Both the position numbers and the translations under genes were made by a program. A stretch of DNA of 42,659 bases from Terrimesophilobacter sp. (GTDB lineage: Bacteria; Actinomycetota; Actinomycetes; Actinomycetales; Microbacteriaceae), in assembly GCF_036565765.1 (NCBI RefSeq), contig NZ_DATCXP010000094.1. One strand, given 5' to 3'. Each line of letters starts with the position of its first letter. Positions within the stretch are counted from its first letter, which is position 1. Below the pieces are notes generated by a model. The model was given only the letters and a program-made list of their open reading frames with translations, was not told where the DNA came from and searched no databases. Positions 21,206 to 28,886 of the stretch are shown here, piece after piece.

Positions 21206-21916
21206 TTACGCGCCGGCGTTGAGCGCCAGGAACACGACGATGACGAGCACGCCGACGACGATTCCGGCGACCGCGAGCAGGATGCCCTTGAGCGGTGTCG
21301 CCTTCACGATGTCGACATTCGCGGTCAGCGATTTCGGCAACGCCTCGATGATCGCGAGCGCGACGAAGCCACCGATGATCTTGTCGGCGAGCGAGGTCAG
21401 GATATTCGACGAGAACACCGATCCGACCAGGTTCTGCCCGACCGCGAGGAACGTTCCGGTGAGGGCGTCAGCACCGTTTCCGGTCGCGCCACCGAACACG
21501 AGGACGATGATCGGGGCGGCGACGATGGTGCAGGCGACCGCCACCATGACATTCAGCAGGAAGAAGCGCGGGATGGTGCGGCCGAGCTTCCAGGAGCGGA
21601 CTCCATAGCCCCACAGGAGAGCGCCGACAACGTTGACGATCATGAACGGGAGGCTTGTCGGACCGTTGATGAGCGACGAGCCGGAGTTCGTGAGGACACC
21701 GACGAGCGCACCCCACCACGGACCGAGCACGATCGCGGAGATCGCGGTGCCGATCATGTCGAGGTACACCGGCAGCCGAAGCGCGTGCGCGATGTAGCCG
21801 CCGACGATGTTCAGCGCGACGCAGACGGGGATCAGAGTCACGATGAGCGTCATCGGGAGGTTATTGCGATTGAGCTTGCTCTTCTTCGGAGCGGACGCAA
21901 CGGGGGCTGTTGTCAT
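21206..21916 (-). CDS. ECF transporter substrate-specific S component
   Basis: LIPVCVALNIVGG..LRLPVYLDMIGT..GPWWGALVGVLTN..DKII; located upstream of the A-A'-T genes. Confidence 0.88.
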   Translation of the reverse strand: MTTAPVASAPKKSKLNRNNLPMTLIVTLIPVCVALNIVGGYIAHALRLPVYLDMIGTAISAIVLGPWWGALVGVLTNSGSSLINGPTSLPFMIVNVVGALLWGYGVRSWKLGRTIPRFFLLNVMVAVACTIVAAPIIVLVFGGATGNGADALTGTFLAVGQNLVGSVFSSNILTSLADKIIGGFVALAIIEALPKSLTANVDIVKATPLKGILLAVAGIVVGVLVIVVFLALNAGA

Positions 21917-22000
21917 TGTTGTGTTGCCTTTCGGATTATGTGTTGTGAGTGCGGATCGGCGACGTTGCCGATCCGGTTGGGTGTCTCTGGCCGGTTCCGA

Positions 22001-22756
22001 TCAGGGAACAGACCCGCTCTCGCTCTCGTGGAGCGAACCGTCGTCTCGCTGCCCGCGATGAACGTAGAGGTTCACGACATCGCTGCGCAGCGAGATGACG
22101 GAGTACATGACCGGCGTTCCGCCGACGAGCTCGTGCACCTGCGAGAGCACGAGAACAGGAGAACCGTCGGGAAGCGCAAGGTTCCTGGCGGTCTCCCCGG
22201 TCGCGAGCGCTGCCTGGATCTGTGCGGTTCCCGAGCTGACCGGGCGCCGATGAGTCTTCTCCAGGAGGTCGTAGATCGAGTGCACGTAGGCCTGCCGGTC
22301 GGTCGGAAGGCTGGGAACCTCCAGCAGGTAGTCCGTGCCGTCGGCCGCCGGAACGCCATCCGCGGTTCTCGTACGACGAACCACGATGCAGTGCGACGGG
22401 CTCGGAAGTCGCAGCGCCGCGAGCACGGCGGGCGGGGCGAACTCCCGGATCACGGAGAGCCCGATAGTCGCCGGAACCCTCCCGGACTCCCGGATGACCT
22501 CGCTCACCGAGAGGTTCGCATCGAGCACCATGTTGATGCTCACGCGCCCACTGCCGCGAACGAAGGTCCCGCGGCCCTGCTCCCTGCTCACCAGGCCCCT
22601 TGCCTGAAGCCCGCTCATCGCTCCGCGGATCGTCGTGCGACTTACCGAGAATTCGGTCGCGAGTTCCGGCTCGGTCGGGATCCGGGTCCCTAGCCCGTAT
22701 TCACCGTCGATAATGCGGCGCTCGAGCTCCCGAGCGACCGATTGAACTCTCAACAT
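22001..22756 (-). CDS. GntR family regulator (HutC/UTRA)
   Basis: RIPTEPELATEFSVSRTTIRGAM..L..GLVSREQGRGTFV plus a UTRA-like C-terminus; alternative start ATG 22813. Confidence 0.88.
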   Translation of the reverse strand: MLRVQSVARELERRIIDGEYGLGTRIPTEPELATEFSVSRTTIRGAMSGLQARGLVSREQGRGTFVRGSGRVSINMVLDANLSVSEVIRESGRVPATIGLSVIREFAPPAVLAALRLPSPSHCIVVRRTRTADGVPAADGTDYLLEVPSLPTDRQAYVHSIYDLLEKTHRRPVSSGTAQIQAALATGETARNLALPDGSPVLVLSQVHELVGGTPVMYSVISLRSDVVNLYVHRGQRDDGSLHESESGSVP

Positions 22757-22766
22757 TGAGCCTTCG

Positions 22767-22781
22767 ATTCGTAGTACGAAT
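22767..22781. promoter_or_regulatory. Palindromic GntR-type operator
   Basis: ATTCGTA-G-TACGAAT fits the GntR pattern TNGT-N3-ACNA and lies 10 bp upstream of the GntR ATG. Confidence 0.55.
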
Positions 22782-22820
22782 GATGAATTACCGACAGAGT
22801 GTCTGACCGTCATTGTCCTG

Positions 22821-23771
22821 TCAAGGGGTAAACGCATCTGCGAGGAATTGGGCGAAAATCTGCGCATCTGCGCGCAGGGCGACATGCGCGATGCGCGACT
22901 CCCGCACCCAGGGCCGGCTGTCGAAGACCGTCTCGCCCAGCGTGTGCTCTCCCCTGGTCTCGACGTTGACCGGCCAGTCGTAAACCTCCGTGAGCACCTC
23001 GGGATGCACGAGAGAGGCAACGCAGAGGGCATCGTGCACCGGCGCGGACACCCGCTCCGCTCCGGGCGCATCGGAGTAATTCAGGATCCGGTGGCGGATG
23101 AACGCGCTCGAGGCCAGCGCGGCCGGCGATCCGATCGCATCGAACCGGTCGCAATCGGCCAGGGAGATCGGGGCGCTGTGCGTCGCATCGAGCGGGACGA
23201 TCGTGAGGTCTTCGATGCCGGAGCTGAACACCGCCTCCGCAGCCTCAGGATCCACCCAGATGTTGAATTCGGCGGAGGCGGTGACGTTGCCCCAGCCACG
23301 CGCGCCGCCCATGACGATGAGGCGGGGAATCCGCTGCGCGAGTCGTGGCTCAGCGGCGAGGGCGAGAGCGACATTGGTCAGCGGTCCTGTCGCCACGAGC
23401 ACGGTGTCCGCGCTCTCCTCACTCAGGTAGTAGTCGATGAGGAATGACACCGCCGTCTGCTCCCGGGCTGAGGAGACCGATGGTGGGAGATCCAGATAGT
23501 CGGGATGCACGCCTCCCCCGCTTCTCAGCACCTCCCGCGGAATCGGAAAATCCGGGCGCACGAGCGGCCGTGTCGCCCCGACGTAGACCGGAACGGTGGA
23601 GCCCAGCAGGTCCAGCACCCGCAGGGTGTTCTCCGTGACGTTGGACAGCGGAACGTTGCCGTTGACCGTCGTCACAGCCACCAGATCGAGTTCGGCATGG
23701 CTCGCCGCCGCCATGATGGCGACCGCGTCGTCGGTTCCGGTATCGCAGTCGAGGATGAGGCGAGTGGTCAT
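22821..23771 (-). CDS. Nucleoside hydrolase (IUNH family) 2
   Basis: ILDCDTGTDD, VNGNV, TGPLTNVA, GNVTASAEFNIWVDPEAA, VPLDATH and PVHDA. Confidence 0.93.
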   Translation of the reverse strand: MTTRLILDCDTGTDDAVAIMAAASHAELDLVAVTTVNGNVPLSNVTENTLRVLDLLGSTVPVYVGATRPLVRPDFPIPREVLRSGGGVHPDYLDLPPSVSSAREQTAVSFLIDYYLSEESADTVLVATGPLTNVALALAAEPRLAQRIPRLIVMGGARGWGNVTASAEFNIWVDPEAAEAVFSSGIEDLTIVPLDATHSAPISLADCDRFDAIGSPAALASSAFIRHRILNYSDAPGAERVSAPVHDALCVASLVHPEVLTEVYDWPVNVETRGEHTLGETVFDSRPWVRESRIAHVALRADAQIFAQFLADAFTP

Positions 23772-23814
23772 TGCGGTTGTTGCCTTTCTGCGCAGGGATG
23801 GGGGGATGCGAGGA

Positions 23815-24588
23815 TCATCGCCTGGCCAGAAGCGTGACGACGCGCAACTCGGAGCTGTTGATCCAGACGTCCGAGTATTCGACCGGGCGACCGTCGCTCA
23901 GGAAGGTGAGCTGCTCGAGGTACTGGACGGGAGAGGAGACCGGGACTTCGAGCGCAGAGGACACCTCTGCGGAGGCGGCCTGAGCGCTGAACGTGCGCCG
24001 AGCGGTGCCGATCTTCAGGCGAAACCTTCCCTCGAGCGTTCCGAACAGGCTCGTGCTCGAGAAGTCGATGTCTTCTATTCCCGGCGCGAGATCGGTTCTC
24101 ACATAGTTGTGCAGCAGGGCGATCGGCAGTTCCGAAGTTCTGCGAACCCGGACCAGCCTCAGGACTTTCGTATGCCCCGGGACCCGGAGAAGTGCCCCGA
24201 TGTACGCGGGAGGCTCGACAAGAGCTGCTTCGATGACGGCCGTGTCGAGGGTAACTCCCTGGCTCGCGAAGTCCTCGGAAAGAGTGCTGAGCTTCTGCGC
24301 TGCGGCGGGCTCGAGAAGCGTCTCCGTCACGAACGTTCCGCGACCCTGGATCTGCTTGAGCAGGCCCTCCTCGATCAGAGTCGAGAGCGCTCGGCGCAGG
24401 GTGCCCCGACTCACGCCGAGATCGACGGCCAGCTCCGGCTCGGACTTGAGCCGGTGGTGAGGAGGCCACTCCCCCGAGACGATGGTCGAGCGCATGGCAT
24501 CGGAGATCTGGCTGTGCAGCGCGGAAGGCGACTCGCGATCGAGCCCCGCCGCGCTTCGGCCGAGGCTGAACATCTCCATGGGCGCCAT
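23815..24588 (-). CDS. GntR family regulator (HutC/UTRA)
   Basis: LKSEPELAVDLGVSRGTLRRAL..L..EGLL..QGRGTFV plus UTRA domain. Confidence 0.92.
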   Translation of the reverse strand: MAPMEMFSLGRSAAGLDRESPSALHSQISDAMRSTIVSGEWPPHHRLKSEPELAVDLGVSRGTLRRALSTLIEEGLLKQIQGRGTFVTETLLEPAAAQKLSTLSEDFASQGVTLDTAVIEAALVEPPAYIGALLRVPGHTKVLRLVRVRRTSELPIALLHNYVRTDLAPGIEDIDFSSTSLFGTLEGRFRLKIGTARRTFSAQAASAEVSSALEVPVSSPVQYLEQLTFLSDGRPVEYSDVWINSSELRVVTLLARR

Positions 24589-25289
24589 CAGTAGCTCGTC
24601 GTGTTCTCGTCGTACGAGTCGGTGACGATCGCGATACCGGCACTCGTTCCCAGCAGGACGGCCCCGGCGTCCAGGAGGGAGAGTGCCTGGAGGTAGCTCT
24701 TGATCGATCCGCTCGCCTTCACGAGCACGCCGGGACGCGCCCTCTCGACGAGGAATCGAACGCTGCCCGGATTCGCCGTCTCGACTGTGCCGCTGCTCGC
24801 GTTCTTGAGATATGCGGCACCGGCGTCCATCGCCAGCTCGACCGCGGTCTCCCGCTCACTCGCGCTGAGAAGCGGAAGTTCGAGCATGACCTTGACCGGA
24901 ACTCCGCCCGCCTTCACGACTCCGGCGATATCCTCGCGGAACTCAGTGAACATCCCGCTTTTGAGCCAGCCGATCTGCACCCCCATGTCGAGCTGGGTCG
25001 CGCCGAGTCGTACGAGCTCCGCCGCCTCTGCAGCCTTGCCCGCGGATGAGGTGATCCCCACGAGGGGAAAATCGAGCGCCGATGCGACGCCGACTCCGGT
25101 CCCAGCCAGTTCGGCCGCGACGAGCGAAACCCACGACCCGGAGACCATCGCCGCGTCGAAGCCGTAGTGGATCGCCTCGCGCGCGTGGGCGATCATGTCC
25201 TGGCTCGTTGCCGTCACGTCGATACGCGTGTGCTGGATGAACGGTGCGAGCTGCGCCGGGGTCAGTGGTGCTGCCGCTGGTTCACTCAC
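24588..25289 (-). CDS. deoC: Divergent deoxyribose-phosphate aldolase-like class I aldolase
   Basis: IQHT, DFPL, GATQLDM, VKVMLE, YLKNASSG, VKASGSIK and LGTSAG; catalytic Lys/Asp positions kept but flanking motifs altered. Confidence 0.8.
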   Translation of the reverse strand: MSEPAAAPLTPAQLAPFIQHTRIDVTATSQDMIAHAREAIHYGFDAAMVSGSWVSLVAAELAGTGVGVASALDFPLVGITSSAGKAAEAAELVRLGATQLDMGVQIGWLKSGMFTEFREDIAGVVKAGGVPVKVMLELPLLSASERETAVELAMDAGAAYLKNASSGTVETANPGSVRFLVERARPGVLVKASGSIKSYLQALSLLDAGAVLLGTSAGIAIVTDSYDENTTSY

Positions 25290-26226
25290 GGGGGATCCTG
25301 TCTCTCATCGTCGGGGTTGTGGTCATGAATCGCTCGAGTTGCGCCCGCGTGGGCAATGACGGGATCACGTCGGCGATCGTGACGGCGTGAGCGCCGGCAG
25401 CCGTCGCGAGCTGTACCGCCGTCAGGAGGGGCATCCCTTCCGCCAGCGCGACTCCGAGCGCTGCGGTGAACGCATCTCCTGCACCGGTCGTGTCAAGAAC
25501 CCGGTCGACGGCGACGGCGGGCATGCAGAAGTCATTCGCCCCGTCGTTGACGTAGACCCCGTGTGATCCTGCGGTGAGAACGACGATCCCTCCGAACTTC
25601 CCCTGCAGTTCGCGTGCTGCCTCAGCGGGGTCGTCGAGGCGTTCCTGCCGTCTGCCCAGGAGTGTTGCCGCCTCGGAATGATTTGGGGTCAGGATGTCGA
25701 CGAGGGGCCACACCTCGCCAGGAAGCATCGATACAGGTGCGGGATTCAGGAGAGTGCGCGTACCCTCCTCACGCGCTATGCGAAGTGCCGCGAGCGCTGC
25801 CTCCATCGGAATCTCGAGGGAAACGATGAGCATCGCCGCTGTCCGGATGTCGTCGCGGAACGACTCCGCGTCGGTGGCGGAGAGCTCCTCGAGAGCCCCC
25901 GGCGCGATCGAGATCCGGTTCTCTCCGCTGGCGTCGACGACGATGAATCCGGTCATCGTCGGCCGGTCTGAGACGACGACGCGACCGGCGACGATCCCCT
26001 CGGACTCCCAGAAGGCTCGTGCGGCATCCGCGGCGGGATCTGCTCCGACTGCCGTGAGCAAGGCGACTTCCGCACCGAGCCTGGACGCCGCGACCGCCTG
26101 GTTCGATCCTTTTCCTCCGTGGCTGATGCTCAGCTCTCCCCCGGTCACGGTCTCACCGGCCAGTGGCGCGTCGGTGACGCGCATCGTCATCCCGACGCCA
26201 TATCCGCCAACCACCGCGATCTTCAT
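25282..26226 (-). CDS. Ribokinase-like PfkB kinase with atypical sugar-binding N-terminus
   Basis: GGKGSNQAVAASRLG, SLEIP, LNPAP, PNHSEA and DTTGAGDAF; N-terminus is VVGGYGVGM. Confidence 0.9.
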   Translation of the reverse strand: MKIAVVGGYGVGMTMRVTDAPLAGETVTGGELSISHGGKGSNQAVAASRLGAEVALLTAVGADPAADAARAFWESEGIVAGRVVVSDRPTMTGFIVVDASGENRISIAPGALEELSATDAESFRDDIRTAAMLIVSLEIPMEAALAALRIAREEGTRTLLNPAPVSMLPGEVWPLVDILTPNHSEAATLLGRRQERLDDPAEAARELQGKFGGIVVLTAGSHGVYVNDGANDFCMPAVAVDRVLDTTGAGDAFTAALGVALAEGMPLLTAVQLATAAGAHAVTIADVIPSLPTRAQLERFMTTTPTMRDRIPRE

Positions 26227-26285
26227 CGACCAGCTCCGAGGAATTGTGTGTATCTGAACAACCATGTACAAATGGAGTGAAACAG

Positions 26286-26315
26286 ACACTAGCGAAAGAA
26301 CGGCAATGCCGTCAA
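26286..26315 (-). promoter_or_regulatory. Sigma-A-like promoter for the kinase-led cluster
   Basis: TTGACG (26310-26315)-N18-TAGTGT (26286-26291), followed by an AT-rich leader. Confidence 0.6.
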
Positions 26316-26334
26316 CTCTCCGCGGGTCAGCGAT

Positions 26335-26820
26335 TCAGTGCTGAGCGGCCCGGTCGAGATACCCCCGCCAGACCTCCGCCCGATCGCGATCCCAATTGGC
26401 CCAGTCGACCGGATGGCCGCGCAGCAGTTCGGAGAGCTGGTCGAGGTTGCTGAGCCAGTCGGCCCGGATCCGCGCGACGAAGGCGGCGTCGACGACCACG
26501 CGCACGCTCACCCGCAGCACCGTGCTGGTGCCCCGGGATCCGCCGGGCACCTCCTCGAGCCGGAACCCCACTTCACCGCGGTTGTCTGTCGCGATCGTCA
26601 GGAAGCTCGGCTCGAGGATGTCGGTGATCGTGCCGAACGTGGGAGGGAAGCTCCCGCTCGTGAGCCACACCAGGTCGTAGTGGCCGCCCTGGCGCGGATC
26701 CACGGAGGCCTCGCCGAGCCATCCGGCGATCAGCTCGGGGTCGACGAGCGCATCGAACACGATGGCGGGAGGGAACTCGAACTCCCGCTCGAATTCGAGA
26801 CCGGCGATTTCGGCAGCCAT
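26335..26820 (-). CDS. SRPBCC (Aha1-like) domain protein
   Basis: LEFEREF..PP..VFDALVDPELIAGWLG..DPRQGG.Y and C-terminal W...LDQL helix. Confidence 0.82.
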   Translation of the reverse strand: MAAEIAGLEFEREFEFPPAIVFDALVDPELIAGWLGEASVDPRQGGHYDLVWLTSGSFPPTFGTITDILEPSFLTIATDNRGEVGFRLEEVPGGSRGTSTVLRVSVRVVVDAAFVARIRADWLSNLDQLSELLRGHPVDWANWDRDRAEVWRGYLDRAAQH

Positions 26821-26860
26821 AGTGCGACCCTACGCTCCGCCCGGCCAATAAGCTCGGAGA

Positions 26861-27793
26861 ATGGCTGCATCCCTCGCCCTCGCCGTCGACCTCGGTGGCA
26901 CGAAGGTCGAGGCCGCTCTCGTCGACTCGAACGGACGGCTTCTCGACGGAAGCCGGTTCCGTGCGCCGACCGGGCCAGATCGGAGCGCGACCGAGCTCGC
27001 CGACAGCGTCGAGACGGTCATCCGCGGAGCGCTCGCCGCACGGCCGGATGGCGCAGAACTCCTCGGGGTCGGCATCGGCTCCGCCGGGCCGATCCGCCAG
27101 GCTTCCGGGCTCGTCTCCCCGCTCAACCTTCCCGCCTGGCGCGACTACCCGCTGCGGGATCTCGCGGCGGGCGTCGTCCCGGACGTACCGGTCGCACTCC
27201 GCATCGACGGACTGTGCATCGTGCTCGCAGAGCACTGGTTGGGAGCCGCGCGCGGCAGGAACAATGTCATGGGGATGGTCGTCTCCACCGGTGTCGGCGG
27301 AGGGCTCATCCTCGGCGGCGCGACCGTGTCAGGGCCGACCGGCAATGCCGGGCACATCGGGCACGTCGAGGTGGCCGGATTCGACGAGCCTTGCGCCTGT
27401 GGCGGTCGAGGCTGCCTGGAGGCGATCGCCTCTGGCCCGAGCTCCGTCGCCTGGGCGCGTGCTCAGGGCTGGACCGGGACTTCCGGTGAGGAACTCGCGC
27501 GGAGCTATCGCGCCGGAGATCCGATCGCTCGTCGGGCGGTGGAACGCTCCGGGCGCGCGATCGGGCAGGCGATCGCCTCGGCGACCGCACTGGTCGACCT
27601 CGAACTCGTGGCCATCGGCGGGGGGTTCTCCCACGTAACGCCCGAGCTGTTCGGTCACATCCGGGCGGCCATCGCCGAGCGTGCGGAGTTCGGCTTCGTC
27701 ACCAAGGTCGAGGTCGTCCCTTCCGAGCTCTCCGGCGATGGGCCGCTCATCGGCGCTGCGGCGCTCGTGCACCGCGCCGAGGTCGTCGTCTGA
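26861..27793 (+). CDS. ROK family sugar kinase
   Basis: AVDLGGTK, GIGSAGP, STGVGGG, GNAGHIGH and CACGGRGCLEAIASG. Confidence 0.93.
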   Translation: MAASLALAVDLGGTKVEAALVDSNGRLLDGSRFRAPTGPDRSATELADSVETVIRGALAARPDGAELLGVGIGSAGPIRQASGLVSPLNLPAWRDYPLRDLAAGVVPDVPVALRIDGLCIVLAEHWLGAARGRNNVMGMVVSTGVGGGLILGGATVSGPTGNAGHIGHVEVAGFDEPCACGGRGCLEAIASGPSSVAWARAQGWTGTSGEELARSYRAGDPIARRAVERSGRAIGQAIASATALVDLELVAIGGGFSHVTPELFGHIRAAIAERAEFGFVTKVEVVPSELSGDGPLIGAAALVHRAEVVV

Positions 27794-27821
27794 CCTCTCC
27801 GACCCCGGCGCGGCCTGTGTC

Positions 27822-28835
27822 CTACGGCGCGGACAGGCCGAACAGTTTCCGCGTGGCCTCGGCGATCTCTTCTCGCTGTTCGACGGTGAAGCTCTCCTCG
27901 AGGGCGGCGCCGTTGACGACAGGGTCGGAAACCGAGAAGGGATTGTCGGTGCCGTACGCGAGCCGGTCGGTGGTCACCATCGACTCGGCGAGGTGCATCG
28001 ACCGCTCCTGGTAGAGCACGAGGTCGAGGTGCAGACGTGCAACGCTCGCGCTCGGCGGTTCGGGGAGCCGTTCATGCGTCGAGGGATCCGACCGCCAGGC
28101 GGCGTCCATTCTGCCCGCGAGCATGGGAATCGCGGCACCGCCGTGTGCCGCGAGCATCCTGAGCTTCGGGTGACGATGGAGCACACCGGCGAACACGAGG
28201 CGCGCGAGCGCGATGGTCGTCTCGAACGGGAATCCGACACTGACCGGCAACGCGTGGCCGAAGCCGCGCAGCTGCTCCCCCGCCGCGGCATAGTGCGGGT
28301 GCAGGAACACTCCGAGCCCGGTGTCCTCCAGCGCCGCCCACAGCGGCTCCAACTCCTCATCGTCCAGGCTGCGACCGCAGATGCGCGACCCGACGATCAC
28401 TCCATGGAGCCCTTCGGTTGCCGCGATCTCCCTGGCCACCGCGACGGCATCCGCGATGTCATTGCTCGGAAGCACGCCCATTCCGACGATCCGGCCCGCC
28501 GTGCGCGCTCCGTACCCGGCGAATTCCGCATTCAGTTCCCGCGCGATCCCGGGGCTCTCGTCGCCGTCGAAGGGATCGAGCCATGGATTCCCGAGGCTGA
28601 CAACGCTGCGGTCGATGCCGTTGCGGTCCATGTAGTCGAGCTTGTGCTCAAGGCTCGTATAGCTCTCGTCGAACGGTCGGCCGCCGCCGGGGCCGGCCTC
28701 CTCTTCCTCGGGGAAGATGACGAACCTCTCGCCACCCTCGTGCTCGGTGACCCGCGGGAGCGCGGTACGCGCTTTCAGCAGGGCGATGTAGCTCCGCGGA
28801 TAGATGTGGGTGTGTGCGTCGATGAGTTCCGGCAT
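27822..28835 (-). CDS. Amidohydrolase-2 decarboxylase, uracil-5-carboxylate (isoorotate) decarboxylase-like
   Basis: DAHTHIYP.SY, GRP, MD.NGI..SV.SLGNPW, FLHPHY, GH.LP...GFPFETTIA, AHGG....AGR and GTDNPF. These match my recollection of fungal IDCase better than generic ACMSD. Confidence 0.8.
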   Translation of the reverse strand: MPELIDAHTHIYPRSYIALLKARTALPRVTEHEGGERFVIFPEEEEAGPGGGRPFDESYTSLEHKLDYMDRNGIDRSVVSLGNPWLDPFDGDESPGIARELNAEFAGYGARTAGRIVGMGVLPSNDIADAVAVAREIAATEGLHGVIVGSRICGRSLDDEELEPLWAALEDTGLGVFLHPHYAAAGEQLRGFGHALPVSVGFPFETTIALARLVFAGVLHRHPKLRMLAAHGGAAIPMLAGRMDAAWRSDPSTHERLPEPPSASVARLHLDLVLYQERSMHLAESMVTTDRLAYGTDNPFSVSDPVVNGAALEESFTVEQREEIAEATRKLFGLSAP

Positions 28836-28886
28836 GCCTTCTCCTGTTCGGTGGTGCTGATCGAGCCTGGACTGATGTCCGGCGTG

